DNA of 52,105 nt from contig RFZO01000001.1 in assembly GCA_009920715.1 (NCBI GenBank), positions 1 through 52,105 on the forward strand, written 5' to 3'. The DNA is from Actinomycetota bacterium (lineage in GTDB: Bacteria; Actinomycetota; Acidimicrobiia; Acidimicrobiales; Ilumatobacteraceae). Positions 9,275 through 19,115 of the stretch are shown in pieces. Positions within the stretch are counted from its first letter, which is position 1, and the number at the start of each line of letters is the position of its first letter. Made by a program: the position numbers and the translations under genes. The notes under the pieces are model-generated. The model did no database searches and had not been told where the DNA came from. It saw nothing but the letters and a program-made list of their open reading frames with translations.

Positions 9275-10111
9275 GTGCCGGACACGCGCGTTGACCCCCA
9301 CCTCGGCACGGTGGTGCACGTCGTCGCGTCCAGGCAGGACCGTCCCAACCTGCCCTCGTCCGGCTGTCCGTTCTGCCCCGGCGGACTGGAGGCGCCGGAT
9401 CACTACGACGTCTGGGCCTTCCCCAACCGCTGGCCCGCACTGGGCGAGGGCAGGTGCGAGGTGGTGCTCTACACGCCGGAGCACGATGCGACGTTCCACT
9501 CGATAGGCGCGGAAGGTGCGCGCCGCGTGATCGACCTGTGGGCCGAACGCACCGAGGCACTCTCGCGCGAGGAGGATGTCGCGTGCGTGCTGGTGTTCGA
9601 GAACCGCGGAGCGGAGGTCGGCGCAACCATCCCCCACCCGCACGGCCAGATCTACGCCTACCCCCGCGTGCCCGCGAGGATCTCGCGGCGTTTCGCGGCC
9701 CGGTGGGAGCCGGAGAAGGAACCCGGCGAACGGTCCGTCATCAGGGACGGTGCGGTCACCGTCTATGCGCAGCACGCGAGCGTGTTCCCCGTGTCGCTCC
9801 TCGTGGCCCCCACGTCGCGCACGCCCGATCTCACCTCCCTCGACGGTCCGGGCCGTGACGCACTGGCGGGCGCACTCGTGGACGTCTTCGCGCGTCTCGA
9901 CCGCCTCTACGACGAGCCGCTCCCCTACATGATGTGGGTGAACCAGGCACCGCGGGGCGTGGACGACGCATGGATGAGCATCGAGATCGTCTCCCCGTGG
10001 CGGGCACGCGGTGTGGCCCGGTTCATCGCGGCGGCGGAGGTGGCGGGCGAGGAGTACTTCAACCCCGTCGACCCTGCCGACGTGGCCGCACGGCTGCGCG
10101 ACCTCGCCTGA
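9275..10111 (+). CDS. galT: galactose-1-phosphate uridylyltransferase-like HIT-superfamily nucleotidyltransferase
   Basis: CPFCPGG zinc motif and HPHGQIYAYP (H-x-H-x-Q) active site. The ORF-track start at 9155 is rejected. GTG 9275 lies 6 nt after TACATT. Confidence 0.75.
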   Translation: MPDTRVDPHLGTVVHVVASRQDRPNLPSSGCPFCPGGLEAPDHYDVWAFPNRWPALGEGRCEVVLYTPEHDATFHSIGAEGARRVIDLWAERTEALSREEDVACVLVFENRGAEVGATIPHPHGQIYAYPRVPARISRRFAARWEPEKEPGERSVIRDGAVTVYAQHASVFPVSLLVAPTSRTPDLTSLDGPGRDALAGALVDVFARLDRLYDEPLPYMMWVNQAPRGVDDAWMSIEIVSPWRARGVARFIAAAEVAGEEYFNPVDPADVAARLRDLA

Positions 10112-10126
10112 CAGCTGCGGCCGGGG

Positions 10127-11881
10127 TCAGGCCCCGTTGGTGACCAACCTGCCGGGACGCGCGCCGGTGTCGGCACCGTTGCGGCGTGTGACCTCACCGG
10201 CGACGATCGTGGCGTCGTAGCCCACGGCATCCTGCAGGAGCCTCAGACCCCCGGCGGGCAGGTCGCGGACGGCGCGCGGGGCGAGGAGACGCAGGTTCTC
10301 GAGGTCGATCACGTTGATGTCGGCGCGCAGACCTTCCTCCAGCCGGCCACGGTCGGAAAGACCGTAGACGGAGGCCGGCTGCGACGTGAGACGGCGCACG
10401 CCGTCCTCCAGCGCGAGGCGCGGCCCGCGCGTGCGGCCTTTCACCCAGTGCGTGAGGACGTACGTGGGGATGGATGCGTCACAGATGGCGCCGCAGTGCG
10501 CACCACCGTCAGCCAGGCCGATGAGAGCGGCATCGTCGAGCATCTGCTCGTGGAGCACGTCGTGGTTCCCGTCGGCGTAGTTGAAGAGCGGGAGGAGGAG
10601 CATCGTGGGCTCGTCCGAGGCGGTGAGAGCGTCGTACGCGACCTCCAGCGGTGACACACCGGCAGCACGGGCGAGCGCGCCGATGGAACGCGAGGGATCC
10701 TGCTCGTAGTCCGGTTCCGCCCCGCTCTCGAGCACGTAGCACCGCTCCACCACAATGGCGAGTCCTCTCTGGGACATGAGACGGCCGTCGTCGTCAGCCA
10801 CCGGCTCCTCGGAGAGGATGCGGGACCTGACGTCCGGGTCGCGCATGGCGGCCACCCTCTCGTGCAGTGGCAGTCCCGCCAGCGCCTCATACGAGGGCCG
10901 CAGGGCGAACGGGTTGCGGACCTCGAGACCCAGCAACACCCCGAAAGGACGACCCGCCACGAGGGGCACCACCCTGGCCCCCTGGCCGCGCCACCGTGCG
11001 GCGGCGTCCATCTCGCGGCGCCACCGCGTGGGGTCCTGGTCGTGCTGGAGGACGATGAACGTGGCCGTCAGCCCGGTCTCCTTCGCCATCGTGCCGATCC
11101 AGTCGAGCTCACGGTCCGTGACCGCGCGGTCGTCGTGGGCCACGATGCCGGCCATTGCCACCTCGAAGATGCGTCCTCCTCCGTCACGGACCGCCTTTGC
11201 GATGGCGAACAACTCGTCGTCCTCGGCGAAGGTGCCGGGCACCGGGATGCCGTCGCTGCTGAGGTGTCCCAGCGTGCGGGAGGTGGTGAACCCGAACGCC
11301 CCCGCCTCCATTGCCTCGCGTGCCAGCCGCGCCATCTCGGCGATGTCGGCAGGTGACGCCTCGGCGTTGCCCCCGGCCCGCTCGTCGCCCATCACGTAGG
11401 TGCGCAACGGACCGTGCGGCAGCTGCACACCGACGTCCATGGACCATGCGCGGCCCCGCAGGTTGTCGATGTACTCGGGGAACGACTCCCATCCCCATGT
11501 CATGCCCTCGTGGAGGGCCGTGCCGGGGATGTCCTCCACCCCCTCCATCAGACGGACCAGGTGCTCCTCGCGCCCCGGGCGCACCGGCGCAAACCCGACA
11601 CCGCAGTTGCCGGTGATGACCGTGGTGACACCGTGGGCGGCAGAGGGGTTGAGTTCGTCGTCCCACGTGACCTGGCCGTCGTAGTGGGTGTGGATGTCCA
11701 CGAAACCCGGGGTGACGATCCGGCCGGCGGCGTCGATGGTCTCACGGGCGGGTTCGTCGATTCCGGCAGCGATGCGCACGATCACACCGTCCCTCACCGC
11801 CACGTCCACCCGGCGCGCGGGGGCTCCGGTTCCGTCGACGACGAGGCCGTTCTTGATGAGAAGGTCGAGCATGTCGGTCAT
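10127..11881 (-). CDS. D-aminoacylase-family (Amidohydro_3) metal-dependent amidohydrolase, paralog 2
   Basis: 584 aa with PGFVDIHTHYD metal site and the GNCG motif. ATGA overlap with the upstream paralog. Confidence 0.8.
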   Translation of the reverse strand: MTDMLDLLIKNGLVVDGTGAPARRVDVAVRDGVIVRIAAGIDEPARETIDAAGRIVTPGFVDIHTHYDGQVTWDDELNPSAAHGVTTVITGNCGVGFAPVRPGREEHLVRLMEGVEDIPGTALHEGMTWGWESFPEYIDNLRGRAWSMDVGVQLPHGPLRTYVMGDERAGGNAEASPADIAEMARLAREAMEAGAFGFTTSRTLGHLSSDGIPVPGTFAEDDELFAIAKAVRDGGGRIFEVAMAGIVAHDDRAVTDRELDWIGTMAKETGLTATFIVLQHDQDPTRWRREMDAAARWRGQGARVVPLVAGRPFGVLLGLEVRNPFALRPSYEALAGLPLHERVAAMRDPDVRSRILSEEPVADDDGRLMSQRGLAIVVERCYVLESGAEPDYEQDPSRSIGALARAAGVSPLEVAYDALTASDEPTMLLLPLFNYADGNHDVLHEQMLDDAALIGLADGGAHCGAICDASIPTYVLTHWVKGRTRGPRLALEDGVRRLTSQPASVYGLSDRGRLEEGLRADINVIDLENLRLLAPRAVRDLPAGGLRLLQDAVGYDATIVAGEVTRRNGADTGARPGRLVTNGA

Positions 11882-13566
11882 CCCCTGCTGAACTCGCGCA
11901 GCACCCGGCCGCTGCGCTCACCGGTGTTCCTGCCGTTCTCGGTGACGGTCCGTCCGTTCACGATGGTGGCGGCGTACCCCCTGGCGTTCACCCTGAACCT
12001 GCCCGACCCGTGCGGGAAGTCATTCACGTACTCCGGGTAGGCAATGTCGAGGCCGGCGGCGTCGAAGACGTTGATGTCGGCGTGCATTCCGGGGGCGAGC
12101 GTTCCGCGGTCGACGAGTCCGAGGACGGACGCCGACTTCTGCGTGATCTTGTGCACGGCGTTCTCGAGCGACGTGGTCCCCCGGTCGCGCACCCAGTACG
12201 ACAGATAGTGCGTGGTGGCGTCGGCGTCGCAGATCTGCCCTGCATGGGCGCCCGCGTCACCGAGTCCGGGGATGACCCCGTCGAGATTCAGGAAGTTCGG
12301 CATCGCATCCATGTTCCGGCTGAAGAACCAGACGTTGAAGAGCTCCCTGCCCTCGCTGCGGATGAGCCGGTCGATGACCACCTCCACGGGGGACACGCCG
12401 AGTTCGGCGGCGAGGTCGGCGACGGACTTGCCGCCTTCCATGTGGTAGTCGGGAACGTCGCCGTCACCGAGCGGATGGACGAGGCTCGCGTCGTACCAGA
12501 GCCCGCGCGCCTTCCCTTCCTCCACGAGACCCTCGCGGGTCGCCGGGTCCTTCAGGGCGGCGAGGCGCATCGCGAGGGTGGGCAGTTTCATGACGGCCTT
12601 CCACCGCGGCCCGGCCACGGGCGGCACCTGCTGGAGACCCATCAGTGTTCCGCTGGGGCGGATCTGTGACACGCCGGTGACGCGCCCGTGGTTGCGGCGC
12701 ATGTCGTCGATGTGGCCGCCCCAAAAATCGACGGGGCCCTGGCCCGTGCCGTTGCCGACGCCGGTGGAGAAGAGAACGTCACCGGCCGTCTCTGCCATGG
12801 TCCGGAGGAGATCCATCTCGTGGTCCATCTTCGTGGCGAAGTCCATGACCGCCTGGAACAGTCCGCCGCCGGAGCGGTTCATTCCCTCCGCCATTGCGAC
12901 GTACTCCTCCACCGGGGCAAAGGTGCCGGGCACCTTGCGGCCGTCGGGAACCGTGTGGAGGAGGATCCGCGACGTCGAGAACCCCACCGCACCGCCCGCG
13001 ACAGCCTCAGCCATGATGTCGCGCATCAATGCGAGCTCGTCGGGTGTCGCCACCGCGCCCTCGTCCATCGAGCGGTCGCCCATGGCGTGGTACCTGACCG
13101 CACAGTGACCCACCAACCCCACCACATTGAGTGCGGGGTTCATCCTCTGAACAGAGTCGAGGTACTCGGGGTAGGTGTGCCAGTCCCACGGGAGGCCGTC
13201 GAGGATGGCGCCGCGCGGGATGTCCTCCACACTCTCCATCAGTTCGGCCAGGTACGCCCGGTTCTGGGGCGTGACCGGGGCGAACGAGACGCCACAGTTC
13301 CCGATGAGTGCCGTGGTGACCCCCTGCCACGAGGACGAGGTCATGAGCGGGTCCCACCCGATCTGGGCATCGAGGTGCGTGTGGAGGTCGACGAACCCCG
13401 GGGTCACGGTGAGCCCTGTGGCGTCAACCTCTGCTCGTGCGGTCTCGGCGGAGAGGTCCCCCACCGCGGTGATGCGGTCGCCGTCGACGGCGACATCCGC
13501 GGCACGGCCGGCCGACCCGGTGCCATCGATGACAGTGCCGCCGCGGATGATCATGTCGTGCGCCAT
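11878..13566 (-). CDS. D-aminoacylase-family (Amidohydro_3) metal-dependent amidohydrolase, paralog 1
   Basis: 562 aa with PGFVDLHTHLD and GNCG. Colinear with the downstream paralog, with many identical positions by eye (roughly 40-45%, not computed). GGGGGA SD. Confidence 0.8.
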   Translation of the reverse strand: MAHDMIIRGGTVIDGTGSAGRAADVAVDGDRITAVGDLSAETARAEVDATGLTVTPGFVDLHTHLDAQIGWDPLMTSSSWQGVTTALIGNCGVSFAPVTPQNRAYLAELMESVEDIPRGAILDGLPWDWHTYPEYLDSVQRMNPALNVVGLVGHCAVRYHAMGDRSMDEGAVATPDELALMRDIMAEAVAGGAVGFSTSRILLHTVPDGRKVPGTFAPVEEYVAMAEGMNRSGGGLFQAVMDFATKMDHEMDLLRTMAETAGDVLFSTGVGNGTGQGPVDFWGGHIDDMRRNHGRVTGVSQIRPSGTLMGLQQVPPVAGPRWKAVMKLPTLAMRLAALKDPATREGLVEEGKARGLWYDASLVHPLGDGDVPDYHMEGGKSVADLAAELGVSPVEVVIDRLIRSEGRELFNVWFFSRNMDAMPNFLNLDGVIPGLGDAGAHAGQICDADATTHYLSYWVRDRGTTSLENAVHKITQKSASVLGLVDRGTLAPGMHADINVFDAAGLDIAYPEYVNDFPHGSGRFRVNARGYAATIVNGRTVTENGRNTGERSGRVLREFSRG

Positions 13567-13584
13567 GGTTCCCCCTGCTCGTCC

Positions 13585-13604
13585 CGTGCGGCCCCCGCCG
13601 CACG
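13585..13604 (-). terminator. GC hairpin between the ABC exporter and amidohydrolase genes
   Basis: CGTGCGGC-cccc-GCCGCACG, an 8-bp stem in the 58-bp gap. No U-tract, so termination is uncertain. Confidence 0.25.
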
Positions 13605-13624
13605 GTCGTGATGCTAGTTCGGGG

Positions 13625-15505
13625 TCAGGCGCCGTCGCCCACGGGGGCGGTGAACTGCGACTGGTACAGCCGGTGGTAGGCCCCCCGTGCCGCGAGCAGT
13701 TCCTCGTGGGAGCCCTGCTCCACGATCGAGCCGTTCTCCATCACGAGGATCACCGTGGCGTCACGGATGGTGGACAGGCGGTGGGCGATCACGAAGCTGG
13801 TGCGGCTGGCCCGCAGGTTGTGCATTGCCTTCTGGATGAGCACCTCTGTGCGGGTGTCCACCGAGCTCGTCGCCTCGTCGAGGATGAGGATTGACGGGTC
13901 GGACAGGAAGGCGCGGGCGATGGTGAGCAGCTGCTTCTCCCCCGCGCTCACGGCGGCCGTCTCGCCGTCGAGGACGGTGTCGTATCCGTCCGGCAGGGAG
14001 TGGACAAACCGGTCGACGTACGCGGCCTTGGCGGCGGCGAGCACCTCCTCGCGGGTGGCGGAGGGCCGGCCGTACGCGAGGTTGTCGTAGATGGTGCCGT
14101 TGAAGAGCCACGTGTCCTGCAGGACCATCCCGATGTTCCCGCGCAGCTCGCGTCGGGACATCGTCGCGATGTCGCGCCCGTCCAGGAGGATGCGCCCGCC
14201 GTCGAGCTCGTAGAAGCGCATGATGAGGTTGACGAGCGTCGTCTTGCCCGCCCCCGTGGGGCCCACGATGGCCACCGTTGTGCCGGGCTCGGCGACGAAC
14301 GAGAGACCCTCGATGAGCGGGCGGTCGGGCACGTACGAGAACGACACGTTCTCGAACTCGACCCGACCCTCCACGGCGCGTGCCGGCGCCGCTTCCGGCT
14401 CTGCAGACTGTTCCTCCGCGTCGAGCAGCTCGAACACCCTCTCGGCGGAGGCGACACCGGACTGAAGAACGTTGAACATGGACGCCGTCTGCGTGAGCGG
14501 CTGGGTGAACTGCCGCGAGTACTGGATGAACGCCTGCACGTCCCCCAGACCCATCGAGCCGGAGGACACCTTGAGGCCGCCGATCACGGCGATGGCCACG
14601 TAGTTCAGGCCCCCGATCCACATCATGGCGGGCTGGATGGACCCCGAGATGAACTGGGCGCCGTAGCTGGCGTCGAAGAGCTCCTCGTTCATCCCCGCGA
14701 ACCTGCGTTCCGCATCGGCCTGGCGGCCGAACGCCTTGACGACCGCATGCCCCGTGAACGTCTCCTCGATCAGGCCGTTCAGCTGGCCGGTGGTCCGCCA
14801 CTGGTCGATGAACTTCGCCCGCGACCGCGCGGCGATCTTCTTCATGGTCACCATGGACGAGGGGATCACGAGAAGGGCGACGAGCGCGAGCTGCCAGGAG
14901 ACCGTGAACATCATGACGATGACCCCGACCATGGTGAGGAGGCTGGTGATCAACTGGCTCAACGACTGCTGGAGGCTCTGGCTGATGTTGTCGATGTCGT
15001 TCGTCACCCGGCTCAGCAGCTCGCCGCGCGAGTGACGGTCGATGTACGAGAGGGGCAGCCTGTGGATCTTCTCCTCCACCTCCGAGCGCAGGCCGAACAT
15101 CGTCCGCTGGACCACGCCGGCGAGCAGGTAGGCCTGCCCGTAGGACAGCACGTACGACATGACGTAGACGCCGATTGCGACGAAAAGCGTGTTGTGGAGT
15201 TTCGGGAAGTTGATCCGCGACGGGTCGCGGTACTTGATGAGGGGCTCCGTCAGGATGTTCGTCGCGTGGCCGAGGATCCTCGGGCCGGACACGACGAGGG
15301 CCACGCTGGCCACGGCCATCACGAGGATCAGCACGACGAGCGGGCCCTCCGCGGAGAGCAACCGCACCAGGCGCCTCGACGACTGGGAGAAGTTCTGTGA
15401 CTTCTCCGTGGGGATTCCCACGGTGTTCCACCGTCCGCTGCGCAGCTCCGACACCGACGCACCCTGCGCCGCCGGTGCCTTCTCCTTGCCGGCCGTGTCG
15501 CTCAT
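13625..15505 (-). CDS. ABC exporter, fused permease-ATPase half-transporter (subunit B)
   Basis: 6-TM domain plus an NBD with GPTGAGKTT, LSAGEKQLL and ILILDEATS. Start taken at MSDTAGKEK, giving an ATGA overlap with the upstream gene, not the ORF-track start at 15565. Confidence 0.85.
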   Translation of the reverse strand: MSDTAGKEKAPAAQGASVSELRSGRWNTVGIPTEKSQNFSQSSRRLVRLLSAEGPLVVLILVMAVASVALVVSGPRILGHATNILTEPLIKYRDPSRINFPKLHNTLFVAIGVYVMSYVLSYGQAYLLAGVVQRTMFGLRSEVEEKIHRLPLSYIDRHSRGELLSRVTNDIDNISQSLQQSLSQLITSLLTMVGVIVMMFTVSWQLALVALLVIPSSMVTMKKIAARSRAKFIDQWRTTGQLNGLIEETFTGHAVVKAFGRQADAERRFAGMNEELFDASYGAQFISGSIQPAMMWIGGLNYVAIAVIGGLKVSSGSMGLGDVQAFIQYSRQFTQPLTQTASMFNVLQSGVASAERVFELLDAEEQSAEPEAAPARAVEGRVEFENVSFSYVPDRPLIEGLSFVAEPGTTVAIVGPTGAGKTTLVNLIMRFYELDGGRILLDGRDIATMSRRELRGNIGMVLQDTWLFNGTIYDNLAYGRPSATREEVLAAAKAAYVDRFVHSLPDGYDTVLDGETAAVSAGEKQLLTIARAFLSDPSILILDEATSSVDTRTEVLIQKAMHNLRASRTSFVIAHRLSTIRDATVILVMENGSIVEQGSHEELLAARGAYHRLYQSQFTAPVGDGA

Positions 15506-17244
15506 ACGGGTTCCTCCTCGTTGATGGAGGCCTGCGACTCGACGATCTCGATGTACGTCGGGCACGACTCCAGCAGTTGCTCATGGGTGCCCAGCCCGAC
15601 CGCCTCGCCGTCCTCGAGCACCAGGATCCGGTCGGCGTTCCTGATGGTGGAGACCCTCTGGGCAACCACGACCACGGCCGCATCGGTCACGCGCGGTGCC
15701 AACGCTGCGCGCAGTCGGGCATCGGTCGCGAGGTCGAGTGCCGAGAAGGAATCGTCGAAGAGGTAGATGTCCGGTCGGCGAACCAGGGCACGGGCAATGG
15801 CGAGTCTCTGCCGCTGGCCACCGGACAGGTTGCTCCCGCCCTGGGCCACTGCCGCCTCCAGACCGCCGTCCATCGTGCGGACAAAATCCTCGGCCTGGGC
15901 GACCCGCAGTGCCTCCCACATCTCGTCCTCGGTTGCGTCCTCCCTGCCGTACCGCAGGTTGGAAGCGACGGTTCCCGAGAACAGGTAGGGCTTCTGGGGC
16001 ACGAGGCCGACCCTGGACCACAGGTCTTCCGGGGCCAGTTCCCTCACGTCGACCCCGTCCACGAGCACCGCACCGGAGGTTGCGTCGAACAGCCGTGGCA
16101 CGAGGTTGATGAGTGTGGTCTTTCCCGAACCGGTGCTGCCGATGACGGCGAGCATCTCGCCGGGCCGGCACACGAAAGAGATGCCCTCCAGGACGGCATG
16201 CTCGGCGCCCGGGTAGTGGAACCCGACATTCCTCATCTCGAGCGACGCGCGGGGGGCCGTGATGCGCACGGGGTCAGATGCACTGACAACAGACGACGGA
16301 GTGTCGAGAACCTCCATGATGCGCTCTGCACTGACCGACGCGCGGGGCACGAGGGCGGCCATGTAGGTGGCCATCATCACCGACATGAGGATCTGGGTCA
16401 GGTACGTGAGGAACGCGATGAGGGCCCCGATGTTGCGCATCCTCCCCGAGCCGATCTGGTCGGCGCCGAACCACACCACCGCAACGCTGGCCATGTTGAC
16501 GAAGAGGCTGACCGTGGGGAACATCAGTGACTGAAGCCGCCCTCCCTTCAATGCGGTCCGGGTGAGACTGTCGTTCCCGTCGCGGAAACGAACCGTCTCC
16601 TCCGGCTCGCGCACGAAAGCCCTCACCACGCGGATGCCTGTGAGCTGCTCCCGCAGGATCTCGTTGATCCGGTCGATCTTCTCCTGCATCACGCGGAATG
16701 TGGGGGTCATCCGCACGATGATCGAGCCCTGTGCCAGGAGGACCAGAGGGATGGTGACGATGAAGATCCATGACAGGCCGATGTCCTGGCGCATCGCGAG
16801 GATCACGCCGCCGACCGCGGTGAAAGGCGCCGCCAGCAGGAGGGTGCACGTCATGAGCACCAGCATCTGGACCTGCTGCACGTCGTTCGTGATGCGGGTT
16901 ATGAGCGAGGGTGGCCCGAACTGGTTCACCTCGCGGCTGGAGAAGTCGTTCACCTGGTGAAACAGGTCCCTGCGGGTGTCGCGCCCGAAGCCCATCGCCG
17001 CCTTCGAGCCGACCTTCACGGCAGCGACAGAGAAGACCAGCTGAACGAGTGACGCACAGACCATCACCGCACCGATCCGCCAGATGTAGGCCTGGTCGCC
17101 CCGCGCCACGCCCTTGTCGATGATGTCCGCGTTGAGCGTGGGCAGCCACAGGCCTGCCGCCGACTGGACGGCCTGGAACGCCACCACCAGCCACAGGACG
17201 GACCTGTATGCACTCAGTTGTCGTCTCAGCAGGGCCACGAGCAT
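15502..17244 (-). CDS. ABC exporter, fused permease-ATPase half-transporter (subunit A)
   Basis: 580 aa. TMD plus an NBD with GSTGSGKTT, LSGGQRQRL and IYLFDDSFS. Pairs with the downstream half as a heterodimer. Confidence 0.85.
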   Translation of the reverse strand: MLVALLRRQLSAYRSVLWLVVAFQAVQSAAGLWLPTLNADIIDKGVARGDQAYIWRIGAVMVCASLVQLVFSVAAVKVGSKAAMGFGRDTRRDLFHQVNDFSSREVNQFGPPSLITRITNDVQQVQMLVLMTCTLLLAAPFTAVGGVILAMRQDIGLSWIFIVTIPLVLLAQGSIIVRMTPTFRVMQEKIDRINEILREQLTGIRVVRAFVREPEETVRFRDGNDSLTRTALKGGRLQSLMFPTVSLFVNMASVAVVWFGADQIGSGRMRNIGALIAFLTYLTQILMSVMMATYMAALVPRASVSAERIMEVLDTPSSVVSASDPVRITAPRASLEMRNVGFHYPGAEHAVLEGISFVCRPGEMLAVIGSTGSGKTTLINLVPRLFDATSGAVLVDGVDVRELAPEDLWSRVGLVPQKPYLFSGTVASNLRYGREDATEDEMWEALRVAQAEDFVRTMDGGLEAAVAQGGSNLSGGQRQRLAIARALVRRPDIYLFDDSFSALDLATDARLRAALAPRVTDAAVVVVAQRVSTIRNADRILVLEDGEAVGLGTHEQLLESCPTYIEIVESQASINEEEPV

Positions 17245-17316
17245 GGGGGAGGTCCTTTCGGCGCCGTGTCGACTGTACCCAGTCCGGCATAGCCAGACGC
17301 TGTCCGGGCCGACCGG

Positions 17317-18033
17317 TCAGATGCGTGACGTGTAGCGCGTGCCGGGCGGGTCGTCCGCGAACCACGCCCTCTCGCCCCACGTGTCGCCATAGACGAGTTC
17401 GGCCATGGGGACGCGACGCACGGGACCATGCGAACCTGCGGGCCGCCCGATGGTGACCGACGCCGCGATGAACACCTCCGCCGGGATCCCGAGCAGCTGC
17501 TTCAGTTCCGCGTCGACGAAGGCGTGGAACCCCGTGAGCACACCTCCGTACCCGAGTGCACGGGCCGCCAGCAGAACGTTCTGCACCGCCGGGTAGACGC
17601 TTGCGCCCTCGTTGGGGTTCGGGTCGCGGTAGCGCACGAGGCAACCGAGAACCAGCACGGGGACGTTCTCGAGGTTGTCGACGTAGTCCTGCATGGTCCG
17701 CGCCATGCGGGCCTTCGGGGACGAGAGGTCCGCACCGCTGCCCGAGTCGTACCCGTCGTAGCCGCGCTTGTGTCCCCACACCGTGCGGGCACCGCGGGCG
17801 ATGAGACGCTTCGCTTCCGCCGCCTTCTCCCCTTCGGTCAGCACGAGGAAGCGGAACGGCTGCCGGTTCGACCCGCTGGGAGCCCGCGTGGCCGCGAACA
17901 TGATGTCGCGCAGCACGTGGTCGGGCACCTTCTCGTCCGCATAGCGACGGATCGCGCGGGTGGTGGTGAGCCCCTCGAGCATCCCGACCGTGTCACCGTG
18001 CAGTCCCAGCGTGGAGAGGTCGGACTGTTCCAT
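17317..18033 (-). CDS. nitroreductase-family oxidoreductase
   Basis: TTRAIRRY...RAPSGSNRQPFRF motif. Start taken at MEQSDL (ATG 18033). The ORF-track extension is rejected. Confidence 0.75.
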   Translation of the reverse strand: MEQSDLSTLGLHGDTVGMLEGLTTTRAIRRYADEKVPDHVLRDIMFAATRAPSGSNRQPFRFLVLTEGEKAAEAKRLIARGARTVWGHKRGYDGYDSGSGADLSSPKARMARTMQDYVDNLENVPVLVLGCLVRYRDPNPNEGASVYPAVQNVLLAARALGYGGVLTGFHAFVDAELKQLLGIPAEVFIAASVTIGRPAGSHGPVRRVPMAELVYGDTWGERAWFADDPPGTRYTSRI

Positions 18034-18064
18034 CACCCCATTTCTACACGGGGACGATGCTCGG

Positions 18065-18070
18065 TACTGT
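18065..18070 (+). promoter_or_regulatory. -10 hexamer TACTGT, 6 nt before GTG 18077 (leaderless-type)
   Basis: TANNNT-N6-start geometry. Only 43 bp separate the divergent nitroreductase and LLM starts. Confidence 0.4.
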
Positions 18071-18076
18071 GAGACC

Positions 18077-19102
18077 GTGCACAAGGAACTCGGTTTCTAC
18101 ACCCTCGCGGGAGCACCGCGGTCCCCGGCCGACATGCTCGGCGAGCTCGCCCACGCAGAGCAGCTCGGGCTCGGAACCGCATTCATCTCGGAGAGGTTCA
18201 ACATCAAGGAGGCGGGTGCCCTCACCGGCGCAGCCTGCGCCGTCACGTCCGGCATCGACATCATCACCGCCGCCACCAACCACACCACGCGCCATCCTGT
18301 CGTCACGGCGTCGTGGGCGAGCACTCTCCACCTCCTCTCGGGAGGGCGCTTCAGCCTGGGGATCGGCCGCGGCATCGATGCCATGTTCAAGGCGTACGGC
18401 ATGCCCCTCGCCACCACGGAATCCATGGAGTCGTTCGCGCACCTGATGAGGCGTCTGTGGAACGGCGAGACCGTCCTCGGGCACACGGACATCACCGGCA
18501 CCTACCCGGTGCTCCGGCTCGACCCGTCGTTCCGGCTCGACATCCCGCTCAGCATCACCGCGTTCGGCCCTCGCACGCTCGAGGCGGGCGGGCGTTCGTT
18601 CGACAACGTCATCCTGCACACCTTCTTCACCGACGAGACCACCGAGCGCGCGGTGCGCACCGTCAAGCAGGCCGCCGAGGCGGCGGGACGGGACCCGGCA
18701 AGCGTGAAGGTGTGGTCCTGCTTCGCGACAATCGGCGACCACCTCCCCGAGGATCTCCGGCTCAAGAAGACTGTCGGACGACTCGCCACGTATCTCCAGG
18801 CCTACGGCGACCTGATGGTGCGCACGAACAAGTGGGACCCAGCGGTGCTCGCGCGGTTCAGGGAGGACGATTTCGTCCGCGGTTTCGGCGGCGCGCTCGA
18901 CGCGAAGGCGACCACGGAGGAACTCGAGCACGTCGCCGGCCTCATTCCCGCCGAGTGGCTGGCTCCCGCCGCCACCGGGACGCCCGCGCAGTGCGTGGCG
19001 GCCGTGCGCAACCAGTTCGCGCTCGGCTGCGACGGCGTGATCCTCCACGGTGCGTCACCCGCCGAGCTCGATCCGATCGTCAGGGAGTACGCGCGGGCCT
19101 GA
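18077..19102 (+). CDS. LLM-class (luciferase-like, probably F420-dependent) oxidoreductase
   Basis: ELGFYTLAG...GLGTAFISERFN...SGGRFSLGIGRG is typical of the LLM TIM-barrel family. Start refined to GTG 18077. Confidence 0.75.
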   Translation: MHKELGFYTLAGAPRSPADMLGELAHAEQLGLGTAFISERFNIKEAGALTGAACAVTSGIDIITAATNHTTRHPVVTASWASTLHLLSGGRFSLGIGRGIDAMFKAYGMPLATTESMESFAHLMRRLWNGETVLGHTDITGTYPVLRLDPSFRLDIPLSITAFGPRTLEAGGRSFDNVILHTFFTDETTERAVRTVKQAAEAAGRDPASVKVWSCFATIGDHLPEDLRLKKTVGRLATYLQAYGDLMVRTNKWDPAVLARFREDDFVRGFGGALDAKATTEELEHVAGLIPAEWLAPAATGTPAQCVAAVRNQFALGCDGVILHGASPAELDPIVREYARA

Positions 19103-19115
19103 GGGTGACAGAGCG

